62,519 nt of DNA from an uncultured bacterium. Lineage in GTDB: Bacteria > Armatimonadota > Hebobacteria > CAYNSX01. The notes under the pieces were generated by a model. That model searched no databases. It was not told where the DNA came from and saw only the letters and a program-made list of their open reading frames with translations. The stretch lies in assembly GCA_964400165.1 (NCBI GenBank), contig CAYNSX010000003.1, forward strand, positions 1-62,519, in the 5' to 3' direction. The position numbers and the translations under genes were made by a program. Below, one piece after another: positions 47,938 through 56,794 of the stretch; the first letter of the stretch is position 1; the number at the start of each line of letters is the position of its first letter.

Positions 47938-49017
47938 TCAGGCGTGGAAGCGCACTATTACGACATCCCCGTCGTGGATGGCGTAACCGGCGCCCTCGGA
48001 ACGCACCTGGCCGTGGTCGTGCGCCGCCTTCCACGACCCGGCGGCGACGAGCGTATCGAACGGCAGCACTTCCGCCCGGACGAACCCCGCCGCCATATCC
48101 GTGTGGATGCGCGCCGCCGCGTCCTTGGCCGTTGTGCCGGCGGCGACGCTCCACGCCCGAGCTTCGCGGCCGACGATGGTGTAGAAAGTGACCCGCCCCA
48201 GCGCCCGCCCGCACGCCGCCAGCACCGCGCCGACGGCGTCGCCGGTGTCGCCGCCCTCGCTTTCGAAGGCGACGCGCTCGTCGGGTGAAAGGTCAGCCAA
48301 GTCCGCCACCAGCCGGGCGCGCAGCGGGATGACTTCCGCCGGCGTCACACACTCGCGCAGTGCGGCAAGCCAGGCGTCCTCTTGTGGGTCGCCGGCATCA
48401 CCCAGGTTGGCGAGATAGAGCAGCGGCGGGCGCGTCACCAGCGCCACCGTGTCACGCGGTATGTCGGCGATGCCTGTCCAGGTGCGCGCCGCGTGTCCGG
48501 CGTCCAGATGCGCTCGCAAAGAGTTCAGCCCGTCGGCGTGCCCGGCCTGCGCCTGCTGCCCGATGCGCTCCAGGTGCTTCACTTTCTTCAGTGCTCGATC
48601 GATGGCTGCCAGATCGGCGAGCAGCATCTCCGTCTCGATGACGCCAACATCGCGCGCCGGGTCGACGGCATCGAGCGGGTGCGCCACCTGCTCGTTCGCA
48701 AAACAGCGCACCACATGCAGCACGGCATCGACATCACGCAGATGCCCGAGGAATTCCGACCCCAGCCCGGCGCCGGTGCTGGCGCCCGGCACCAGTCCCG
48801 CCAGGTCCACGATCTCCAGCGAGTCGGGGACGATGCGCTCCTGGCCGGCGAGCGCGGCAAGCCGCTCCAGGCGCGGGTCCGCGATGCGGACGATGCCGCG
48901 CGCGGCGTCCACCGTCGTGAACGCATACGGCCCGACGCGCCCACCGGCGTGCGTCAGCGCGTTGAAAACGGTGGTCTTGCCCGCGTTCGGCAGTCCGACC
49001 AACCCGACCGACAGCAC
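47938..49017 (-). CDS. ychF: Obg-family ribosome-associated ATPase YchF (divergent)
   Basis: GLVGLPNAGKT, YAFTT, VDLAGLVPGASTGAGLGSEFL, HVVRCF, TFYT...EARAW, IHTDMAAGFVRAEV, TGS domain EGAGYAIHDGDV. Confidence 0.88.
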   Translation of the reverse strand: MLSVGLVGLPNAGKTTVFNALTHAGGRVGPYAFTTVDAARGIVRIADPRLERLAALAGQERIVPDSLEIVDLAGLVPGASTGAGLGSEFLGHLRDVDAVLHVVRCFANEQVAHPLDAVDPARDVGVIETEMLLADLAAIDRALKKVKHLERIGQQAQAGHADGLNSLRAHLDAGHAARTWTGIADIPRDTVALVTRPPLLYLANLGDAGDPQEDAWLAALRECVTPAEVIPLRARLVADLADLSPDERVAFESEGGDTGDAVGAVLAACGRALGRVTFYTIVGREARAWSVAAGTTAKDAAARIHTDMAAGFVRAEVLPFDTLVAAGSWKAAHDHGQVRSEGAGYAIHDGDVVIVRFHA

Positions 49018-49019
49018 CC

Positions 49020-49505
49020 CTATGCTCCGAGCCGATAGCCGATGTGGCGGACGGTCTGCAGGAACGCGCCGTATTCCGCGCCGAGTTTCCGGCGTAAACG
49101 GTAGATGTGCACATCCACCGTCTTCGTGCTGCCGAAATAGTCGCGCCCCCAGACTTCCTGCAACAGGCGCTCACGGCTGATGGCGCGCCCGGGCCGCTCG
49201 ACGAAATGCCGCAGCAGTTCGAATTCGCGGTGCGACATCGGCACCGCCGTCCCACTGATTTCAACGCGGCGCGCATCGAGGTCGAGACGCAGGTCGCGCC
49301 ATTGCAGGAATCCGATCGGCCCGAGTTCGCTCAAGATGCGGTGGAGCGCGGCCCGGCCGGCGTCGGAGAGTCCCAGACTCGCCGGGTTCTGGTCAATCGT
49401 CTGCGCCAGTTGGGCGCGCTCGGTCGGCGACAGCGCTCGCAGCGCCGTCACCACCTGCTCGGCGAGCGCAGCGATGCCCTCCGGGGTGCCCGGCGCATCA
49501 GCCAT
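49020..49505 (-). CDS. OmpR/PhoB-type winged-helix DNA-binding protein without a receiver domain
   Basis: 161 aa; SHREFELL, SRERLLQEVWG, KTVDVHIYRLRRKL, IQ/LQTVRHIGY; helical N-terminus with no DD/D/K receiver motifs. Confidence 0.85.
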   Translation of the reverse strand: MADAPGTPEGIAALAEQVVTALRALSPTERAQLAQTIDQNPASLGLSDAGRAALHRILSELGPIGFLQWRDLRLDLDARRVEISGTAVPMSHREFELLRHFVERPGRAISRERLLQEVWGRDYFGSTKTVDVHIYRLRRKLGAEYGAFLQTVRHIGYRLGA

Positions 49506-51186
49506 TACGCCCGTCGCTCTCCAGCAAGCGGCGCACCCACGCCTCCTCGTCGGCGCGGGTGCTCACTTCGCTGTCGAGTTTCGCCGCACGCAACGCGCGC
49601 AGCGCCTCGCCCAGGCGCGGGCCGCGTTCGATGCCGAGGCGCTGCAAATCGTCGCCGGTCAGTTCCGGCTTCACATGCCGCCACACGCGCAAGTACCGTT
49701 CCGCTGTAGGCCGCGCAGTCTCATTGGTCATAGCGCCCGCCAGCAGCACCACTTCCGGCGGCAGGCGGTCGACGCGCGCTGCGATTTCGCTCGGGCGCTT
49801 GTCCGCGGTCAACAACACGGAGACCTCATCTACCTGTGAGAGCGCCTCGAACACCGCCCGCGTCTCGCGTTCCAGTCCCCAGCCCGAGCCGAGGGCCGCC
49901 CGCTTCTCCGGTGGCAATCCCGCGACCAGCGCCGCGAGGCGAAAGCGCACCACATTCACTTCCGCCATCGCCTCCGACGCCTCCGCGGCGCGCAGCCAAC
50001 TGACGGGCTCCGCGCCGCCCGCCCATCCCACTGCCTGCCACACCCCGAGGTCATCGAGCCGCTCGACGACAGTCGCGCCGCCCTCTCCCAGCACGCGCAG
50101 AACAGCGGCGCCGAGGCGCTCGCCGGACAGCGTCGCCAGCGCCCCGCGTGCGATGGCGTCCTTCGCCTGCGCCTCGGTTTCGGCGTCCATCCGAAAGCCG
50201 AGGCGGACTTCCAATTGCACGGCGCGGAAGATGCGGGTCGGGTCGTCATCGAAACTGGCCCCGTGCAGGATGCGAATGGTGCGCGCCGCCAAGTCGGCGG
50301 CGCCGCCGAACGGGTCGGCGATGGCGCCGAGGCCGTCGGGCGCTAAACGCGCCGCCATTGCGTTGATGGAGAAGTCGCGCCGGCGCAGGTCTTCGTCCAG
50401 CGCCGCCGGTTCGACGACCGGCAGCGCGCCGGGCCGCGGGTAGCGTTCACGCCGCGCCGTCGCCAGGTCGATTTCGAGCGCGCCCGCTGAATTGGTGAGA
50501 GTGACTGTCACGGTGCCGAACGCCTCGTGAATGCGTCGCGGTGTGCCCGACGCAGCCAGCCGCTCGGCGACCGCCAACGCATCGCCCTCGATCACGCAGT
50601 CCAGTTCCGCGGGCGCGCGGCCGAGCAACAGGTCGCGCACCGGCCCGCCCACCAGATGCGCCGGCATCCCGAGCGCGGCTGCGGCGTCGGCGACCTGGCG
50701 CAGCGCTTCGCGCTGCGCCTCGGTGAGCAAAGCCGCGGCGCCGTTCAGCGACTGTGCCGATTGGGCTGGTGCAGGCGCCCGATGCGTGGCCAAATACGAA
50801 TCGAGCAGCAGCGCCGCCGCCACCGCGTGTTCGCGTTCGCGCCGCTCATCGCCCGACACGCCGACTGCCGCCAGTTGCCGCGTCGCCTCCTGGCTGGTGT
50901 GGCGCTCGTCCCACAGGTCCACCGGCAGCCCGGCGATGCGCTCCAACCCCTTGGCGAACGCCGCAATCGACTCCGCTTGCTTCGTCCGGGTGCCGTCCTT
51001 CATAAGCGGCACACCCACCACAATCCGCTCGGCGCCGCGCTCGCGGGCCAGCGCCGCCACCTCCTCGAAGTCCTCGCGCCCGCCGCGGCGCGTGATCGTG
51101 AAGAGCGGCTGCGCCATCGCCGCCGGGCCGTCGCAGGCGGCGAGCCCGAGGTAGCGGTCGCCGACATCCACGGCGAGCACCTTCAT
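49498..51186 (-). CDS. ruvX: In-frame fusion: YqgF/RuvX RNase H-fold nuclease + class II CCA/A-adding tRNA nucleotidyltransferase (562 aa)
   Basis: ATG 51186 overlaps the MBL stop; YqgF motifs LAVDVGDRYLGLA, IVVGVP, WDERHTS; about 20-aa A/P/Q/S linker with no stop; NTase motifs LVGGPVRD, DLATARRERY..PGALP, DLRRRDFSINAMA, DDPTRIFRA. Confidence 0.88.
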   Translation of the reverse strand: MKVLAVDVGDRYLGLAACDGPAAMAQPLFTITRRGGREDFEEVAALARERGAERIVVGVPLMKDGTRTKQAESIAAFAKGLERIAGLPVDLWDERHTSQEATRQLAAVGVSGDERREREHAVAAALLLDSYLATHRAPAPAQSAQSLNGAAALLTEAQREALRQVADAAAALGMPAHLVGGPVRDLLLGRAPAELDCVIEGDALAVAERLAASGTPRRIHEAFGTVTVTLTNSAGALEIDLATARRERYPRPGALPVVEPAALDEDLRRRDFSINAMAARLAPDGLGAIADPFGGAADLAARTIRILHGASFDDDPTRIFRAVQLEVRLGFRMDAETEAQAKDAIARGALATLSGERLGAAVLRVLGEGGATVVERLDDLGVWQAVGWAGGAEPVSWLRAAEASEAMAEVNVVRFRLAALVAGLPPEKRAALGSGWGLERETRAVFEALSQVDEVSVLLTADKRPSEIAARVDRLPPEVVLLAGAMTNETARPTAERYLRVWRHVKPELTGDDLQRLGIERGPRLGEALRALRAAKLDSEVSTRADEEAWVRRLLESDGRNG

Positions 51187-52016
51187 GCCGCCGTCCGCCG
51201 GCGCTGCTTCACGGGCTCGCGCGCCGCGACATCGAACACCATCCCGTCCCGCGCCGCGGTGACGGGCAGCCCGAGCCGCTCGCTCATCTGCGCGGCAAGC
51301 AGCGACGGCTTGGCGCGCCAGACGGTCAGGCCGAAGTGTGTTAGGACGGCGGCCTCGGGCCGCACTGCGCGCAAAATCTCCTCCGCTTCCGGGATCGCCA
51401 AGTGCTGGATGTGGTCGCGCGGCTCGAGCAGGACGACATTGATGACCAGCACCGCGCACCCGCGGTACTGGTCGGCGAGTCCGTCGAACGCCGCCGTGTC
51501 GGTGAGCAGCCCGACGGTCCCGTCGCGCGTGTGAAATCGCACACCGTAAGTCTCGACGCCGTGTTTGTGCGCGGCCGTCGTGCTGAAGCGCAGCGCGCCG
51601 AGCGCATAGTCGGACGCCGCTTCCAGCGTCACGACTTGCGCCGGGTGCTCGCGCAAGTAGTGCAGCACCGCGCCGTCGGGCGCCAGCGCGTCGCCCGGAC
51701 AGAAGAGCGCCCCGCGCTTGCGCGAGCCGCCAAGTGTCATCGCCTCGATGAGCGCATTGACATCGGCGGAGTGGTCGAGGTGCTGGTGCGTGAGCAGGAT
51801 GCCGTCGAGCAGCGTCGGGTCGAGGCGCCGCCGGACGGCATGCACCAGCGCACCCGGGCCCGGGTCGATGCTCAATCGTTGACCTTCGAGTTCCGCCCAC
51901 AGGCCGGCGGTGGCGAGGTGCTGATAGGCGAGCATAAAGCGGGCGCCGCCGGTTCCAAGGAAAACCAGGCGGTTGGCGGACGGCGTGGGCGGCGGTTGGT
52001 CGGACAGGGAACCCAT
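51183..52016 (-). CDS. Metallo-beta-lactamase-fold hydrolase (RNase Z/PhnP/YycJ-like)
   Basis: FLGTGG, IDPGPG, THQHLDH (HxHxDH), HKH, LTDT, HLAIPEA, LTHFG. Confidence 0.88.
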   Translation of the reverse strand: MGSLSDQPPPTPSANRLVFLGTGGARFMLAYQHLATAGLWAELEGQRLSIDPGPGALVHAVRRRLDPTLLDGILLTHQHLDHSADVNALIEAMTLGGSRKRGALFCPGDALAPDGAVLHYLREHPAQVVTLEAASDYALGALRFSTTAAHKHGVETYGVRFHTRDGTVGLLTDTAAFDGLADQYRGCAVLVINVVLLEPRDHIQHLAIPEAEEILRAVRPEAAVLTHFGLTVWRAKPSLLAAQMSERLGLPVTAARDGMVFDVAAREPVKQRRRTAA

Positions 52017-52060
52017 CGGGCGGCCTGCGCGTCAGAGGGAGTGACCGGCGCCCGGTCGCG

Positions 52061-52089
52061 TTGACCCGTCGCCCCGGCGCACCTATGAT
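52061..52089 (+). promoter_or_regulatory. Putative sigma70 promoter for the tlpA-iscS pair
   Basis: TTGACC-N17-TATGAT in the divergent intergenic region. Confidence 0.65.
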
Positions 52090-52140
52090 ACCCGACGGAC
52101 GCGCGCCGAACGGGCGCAGCGTGCCTCGCGGAAGGACGAA

Positions 52141-52728
52141 ATGGCAGACGAACAGCCGCAAATCCCCGCCCCGCGCACCACCGGCCCGATGACCTTCTTG
52201 TGGGTGGTGTTTGCGGTCGTCGGCCTCGGCCTCGTCGGCTATTACGGCTTCCGCCCGAGCGCCGGCAGCGGTGGCAAGCCGGTTCCCCGGCAGACCGCGC
52301 CGGACTTCACGCTGCCGGCGGCGGACGGCTCGACGGTCACGCTCGCCACATTCAAGGGCAAGCCGGTGTTCATCAATTTCTGGGCGACTTGGTGCGGGCC
52401 GTGCCTGCAGGAACTGCCGATGCTGGCGAAGATGCAGCAGGCGCACAAAGGCGACATGCAATTCCTCTTCATCTCCATCGACAACAATTGGGATGTGGTG
52501 AACCGGTATTTGAAAGCATCCAAGTTGCAAATCCCCGTCGTGCTCGACAAGGGCTCCAAAGTGGCGATGGCCTTCGGCGCCAACGCCTGGCCGACCACCA
52601 TCACGCTCGACAAGGATTTGGGCATCATCCGCAAAGTCGAGGGGTCGCTCGACGAGACGCTTGCCAAAGAAATCGTCGATGAAGCGCTCGGCACGACGCC
52701 CACGGATTCCTCCACCGCCCCGCGGTGA
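52141..52728 (+). CDS. TlpA/ResA-family membrane-anchored thiol-disulfide oxidoreductase
   Basis: N-terminal TM; APDFTL, NFWATWCGPC, AWPTT (cis-Pro). Confidence 0.92.
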   Translation: MADEQPQIPAPRTTGPMTFLWVVFAVVGLGLVGYYGFRPSAGSGGKPVPRQTAPDFTLPAADGSTVTLATFKGKPVFINFWATWCGPCLQELPMLAKMQQAHKGDMQFLFISIDNNWDVVNRYLKASKLQIPVVLDKGSKVAMAFGANAWPTTITLDKDLGIIRKVEGSLDETLAKEIVDEALGTTPTDSSTAPR

Positions 52729-53882
52729 CAGACCCGCTCTACCTCGACCACGCTGCCACCACCCCGCTCGACCCGCGTGTCGCCGCTGTCATGGCGGGCG
52801 TCATCGAGTCCGCGTTCGGCAACCCGTCCAGTCTGCACACCTGGGGCCGCGCCGCGAAGGCGTTGCGCGAAACAGCGCGTGCACAAGTCGCCGCGTTGCT
52901 CAACGCCGACCCCGAAGAGGTGTACTTCACCGCCAGCGGCTCCGAATCGTGCGCGCTCGCTATCCGTGGCATCGCGGAAGCGAATGCGCGCCGCGGCCGT
53001 CAACTCATCAGCACCCCGATCGAACACCACGCCGTCTTGCACACGCACCAGGCGCTCGAACGCGACGGCTGGCGCGTCACCTACCTGCCGGTGGACCGCT
53101 TCGGCCGCGTCGCTCCCGAACAACTGGCCGCGGCGCTGACCGACGACACCGCTCTCGTGTCCGTAATGCACGCCAATAATGAAATCGGCACGGTGCAGCC
53201 CATCGTGGAACTCGGCGCGCTGTGCCGCGCCCGCGGCGTACTTTTCTTCACGGATGCGGTGCAGACCGTCGGCCATCTGCCGGTGGATGTGCGGGCGCTG
53301 CCAGTCGACGCGGTCGCTTGCGCCGGCCACAAGTTTTATGGCCCGAAGGGGGGCGCCGGGCTGTGGGTGCGACGCGGTGTCCGCTGCGCGCCGCTGTTCC
53401 ACGGCGGCGGGCACGAACACGGGCTGCGCTCGGGCACGGAGAATGTGCCTGCCATCGCCGGCCTCGGCGCCGCCGCCGACATCGCGCGCACCGAGATGAC
53501 CGCTGATGCGGCGCGCCTGCTGCCGCTCCGCGACCGCCTGACTGCCGGCCTGTTGCGCAGCGTGCCGGGCACGCATCTGAACGGACACCCGACCGAGCGG
53601 CTTGCCAACAATGTGAATGTCTCATTCGAAGGTGTGGACGCCGAGTCGCTGCTCATCGCGCTCGACCTCGAAGGCATCGCCGCGTCCTCGGGGTCTGCAT
53701 GCACTTCGGGGTCGCTCGAACCGAGCCATGTGCTGCTCGCTTGCGGACAAGAGCGGGCGCTGGCGCGCGGATCGCTGCGGCTGACGCTTGGGCGCGTGAC
53801 GGCCGCCACCGACATCGACCGCGTCCTCGAGGTCGTCCCGCGACTGGTGGCGCGCGTCCGACGGATGCCGGCGCGCGTCTAG
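52725..53882 (+). CDS. iscS: Cysteine desulfurase (IscS/NifS class I)
   Basis: YLDHAATTP, FGNPSS, ANNEIG, HKFYGPKG (PLP Lys), RSGTEN, SSGSACTSG (catalytic Cys). Confidence 0.92.
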   Translation: MTDPLYLDHAATTPLDPRVAAVMAGVIESAFGNPSSLHTWGRAAKALRETARAQVAALLNADPEEVYFTASGSESCALAIRGIAEANARRGRQLISTPIEHHAVLHTHQALERDGWRVTYLPVDRFGRVAPEQLAAALTDDTALVSVMHANNEIGTVQPIVELGALCRARGVLFFTDAVQTVGHLPVDVRALPVDAVACAGHKFYGPKGGAGLWVRRGVRCAPLFHGGGHEHGLRSGTENVPAIAGLGAAADIARTEMTADAARLLPLRDRLTAGLLRSVPGTHLNGHPTERLANNVNVSFEGVDAESLLIALDLEGIAASSGSACTSGSLEPSHVLLACGQERALARGSLRLTLGRVTAATDIDRVLEVVPRLVARVRRMPARV

Positions 53883-56791
53883 GGGCCGGCGTCGGCGACG
53901 CCGACCGGCGGCTCCGCCAGCGCCTTCAGTGACTCCGCCACGCTGCGCAGCGCCACTGACTCCGCGGCGGACTCGGCCGCATCCCGCAAGTACCACCAGC
54001 AGCGCCGCTTGGCGTCGTCATCGGCGAACTTCTCGAAGAAGTGCGCGGCCGAGCCGGCGTAGAACAAACTCTTGAAGACATTGGCGGCGGCGAAGACCGT
54101 GCCGTCAATCTCCGGATCCTGATGCGCGGCGAGCAATTCGTCGATGGCGGCCGGGTCGAGGTCGGCTTCGGGCGAGTGCAGTAGCGTGGCGTAATCGATT
54201 TCGCGTGGGCCGAGCGTCGCCTGTTCGAAGTCCACGGCGTGGACGCCGTCGTCGTGGAACAGCAGATTGCGCGGGATGAACTCGTTGTGAATGAAGGTGC
54301 GCGGCGCTTGCGCCAGGATGTCGATCAGCGGCCCCGCCGCAGCAGTGAACTCGCCGAGCAGCGCGTCCTCCTCCCGCCCCTGGAAGCGCAGGACGCGGCG
54401 GGCGGCGATGCGGAGCGTGTCGCGGTAATACTGCGGCGTCAGGCGCTCCTTGTGCACCTTCTCGACTTCGCGGCTCAACTCCGAGAGGTGCGCGTTCGCC
54501 CGGCGATGCAGATCCACCAGCGCCGCCAGACACAAGTCCATCATGACGCGGCGCTCGGCGGGCGTCGCCTGCGCCAGGCGGTCCGACAGCGTGTCCTCGC
54601 CCAAGTCTTCGAGGAACAACAGCGACCGCTCGACGCCCTCAAGGCCGCCCAGCACTTTCGGCACCGGGGCGCTGAACCGCCCGAGTAATGTCAGAATGCC
54701 CTGCTCGCGGCGATAGCAGGCCGTCGAAAACTTGACCCGCTCTTCTTCGTATTGCTTGACCACCACGCCGACGGGCGGCTCATCGCCCCACCCCACCTGC
54801 AAGCGGAACAGCCGGTTGCGCGACGGCGTCGGCTCGATCGTCTGTTCGTAGACCAGCGGCTCCTGCCCTTTCTTGCGCCCGAGCGCCTGGCTCAATTCGT
54901 CGGGCGCGATGCCGAGGTCGCGGCACGCCTCGCGCGTGCGGACCACCAAATCGCGCGGCGCCGCCGCCAGCGACGCGGGCGTGCCGGGCAGCAGCGGATG
55001 CTCGCCGCCCCAGCGCCGCAGCGCGTCATCGAGGCGCGCCAAGCGCATCTTGATGTCGCGCTCCATCCGGTTGAGCGTCCCGCGCGCCTTCTCATAGTCC
55101 TCGCGTTGCACGGCATTGAAGGCCGCGGGCAGCCGCCGCCGCTCGATGGCGAGCAGGTCGAGCGCCTGTTCGTTCAGCCGGTAGGCCTCCTGCAAGCGGC
55201 GGTGGACATCGTTCGCCTGAATGGCGAAATCGGAGCGCCGCGCCTGCGTCTGGGCGGCGCGCAGCGCCTGTTGATGCGAGCGGCGCGCCAGCGACACCAG
55301 CCGCAGCTTCACATCGCCCAGCGTCTCGCGCAGGCCGGCGATGGCGTCGGCCTTGCTCTTCGGCACCCGCTCCCACAACTGGATGGCCTTGATCAGGTCG
55401 CCGCGGGCGACATACATCCGCCCCAGTTCCCATACCACCTGTTCGCGCAGCACCAGGTTGCGCAGCGGCACCGCCTCCCATTCGCGCAAGGCGGCGTCGA
55501 GGTTGCGCCGCTCGGCGTGAATCTTGCCGAGCAGCAGGCGCACCTCGAACTCGCCCAGCGCGCGCCACAGGAGCGATTCGCTCGCCATGTTGGTCAGGTC
55601 GGCGAGCGTCAGGTCGGTCTCACGCGCCGGCGCGTAGAGCGGCCGCCCCAGGACGCCGAGCGGCAGTCCCTGATACACCCAGATGCGGTCACTATCGTCG
55701 CCCGTGCCGAGGAAGTAGTAGACGCGCCGCGCCTTCGTCAGCCCCGCCCAGAACAGAAACGCCGCCATCACCACAACCCCGGTGATCCAGATGTCGTGGC
55801 TCAACAGCGACAGTCCCGCCAGCACCGAAAACGCCAACCCGCCGCCCAGGAACAACACCAGCACTTGCTCGTCGGGCCAGCCCATCCACTGGAAGTGATG
55901 ATGCACCGGTGCGACGAAGAACGGACGGAAGACCTCGCCAGTGCGGTGCCGCAGCACCTGCACCACCCGCCGCCCAGCGCGCACCATCCCCGTCTGAATG
56001 ATCACCGACAGCGTGTCGACGACGAACATCCCGCCGATGAGCACGAGCAGCCATTCAGTTTTGGTGAGCAGCGCCAGTATGGCCAGCGTCGCGCCCGCCC
56101 CCATGGCGCCGGTGTCACCCATCAGCAGCCGGGCGGGTGGCCGGTTGTAGAAGAGGAATCCGAGCGTGGCGCCGGCGAGACTGACGCCGATGGGCACAGA
56201 CAGTGACCCGGAATGGACGCCCGTCAGGACGGCGTAGGTGAGCGCGGCGAGCACCAGCAGACTGCCCGCCAGCCCATCCACGCCGTCGGTCAGGTTGACC
56301 GCGTTCGCCGTCCCGATCAGCACGAGCGCGGCGAAAATCACATAGCCATAACCGAGCGCGACTTCGACATCGAACACTGGGATATACACTGTCCCGACAT
56401 CGAAACGCAGGTACAGCAGCAGCCCGATCATCAGGCCGAGGACGGCCTGGCCGAGGAGTTTCTCGCGCTCCTGCAGGCCCTGTCCGCGCGTCTTGCCGAG
56501 ATCGTCGAGCAGCCCGAGCGCGCCGAACCCGCCAGCGACCAAGATCACCAGCAACGCGGTGGCGCCGTCGATGTCATCCCGTTGAAACGCCAGCACGATG
56601 CCGAGGCCCACCGCCAGCCCGGCGATGATGCCGACGCCGCCGCCGAGCGGCTTCTTGCGTCCGGTGCGCCCGGGGCGGTCCTTCCCCTCTTTCACTTCAC
56701 CGGACCGAAACGCACCCCAGCGAGTCAGGACGCCGCGGCACACCAGCAGCGAAACGAGTCCCGACCCGAGGAAGGCGAGGAACGCCGGCAC
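53879..56791 (-). CDS. MraY-like phospho-MurNAc-pentapeptide transferase fused to TPR/coiled-coil and an APH/AmgK-like kinase-fold domain (970 aa)
   Basis: N-terminal about 330 aa: GLLDD, KLLGQ, NAVNLTDGVDGLA, MGDTG, APVHHHF; TPR-like ELGRMYVARGDLIKAIQLW; C-terminal LEDLG, HNEFIPRNLL, VDFEQATLGP..IDYATLL; no internal stop. Confidence 0.82.
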   Translation of the reverse strand: MPAFLAFLGSGLVSLLVCRGVLTRWGAFRSGEVKEGKDRPGRTGRKKPLGGGVGIIAGLAVGLGIVLAFQRDDIDGATALLVILVAGGFGALGLLDDLGKTRGQGLQEREKLLGQAVLGLMIGLLLYLRFDVGTVYIPVFDVEVALGYGYVIFAALVLIGTANAVNLTDGVDGLAGSLLVLAALTYAVLTGVHSGSLSVPIGVSLAGATLGFLFYNRPPARLLMGDTGAMGAGATLAILALLTKTEWLLVLIGGMFVVDTLSVIIQTGMVRAGRRVVQVLRHRTGEVFRPFFVAPVHHHFQWMGWPDEQVLVLFLGGGLAFSVLAGLSLLSHDIWITGVVVMAAFLFWAGLTKARRVYYFLGTGDDSDRIWVYQGLPLGVLGRPLYAPARETDLTLADLTNMASESLLWRALGEFEVRLLLGKIHAERRNLDAALREWEAVPLRNLVLREQVVWELGRMYVARGDLIKAIQLWERVPKSKADAIAGLRETLGDVKLRLVSLARRSHQQALRAAQTQARRSDFAIQANDVHRRLQEAYRLNEQALDLLAIERRRLPAAFNAVQREDYEKARGTLNRMERDIKMRLARLDDALRRWGGEHPLLPGTPASLAAAPRDLVVRTREACRDLGIAPDELSQALGRKKGQEPLVYEQTIEPTPSRNRLFRLQVGWGDEPPVGVVVKQYEEERVKFSTACYRREQGILTLLGRFSAPVPKVLGGLEGVERSLLFLEDLGEDTLSDRLAQATPAERRVMMDLCLAALVDLHRRANAHLSELSREVEKVHKERLTPQYYRDTLRIAARRVLRFQGREEDALLGEFTAAAGPLIDILAQAPRTFIHNEFIPRNLLFHDDGVHAVDFEQATLGPREIDYATLLHSPEADLDPAAIDELLAAHQDPEIDGTVFAAANVFKSLFYAGSAAHFFEKFADDDAKRRCWWYLRDAAESAAESVALRSVAESLKALAEPPVGVADAGP

Positions 56792-56794
56792 CGG

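Noticed and set aside
51187-52530. N-terminal 450 aa of the 1010-aa ORF 49498..52530
   Set aside because: Overlaps the MBL gene in another frame and tlpA antisense, and reads as R/P/A-rich junk. The real start is the coupled ATG at 51186, so the fusion has two domains, not three.
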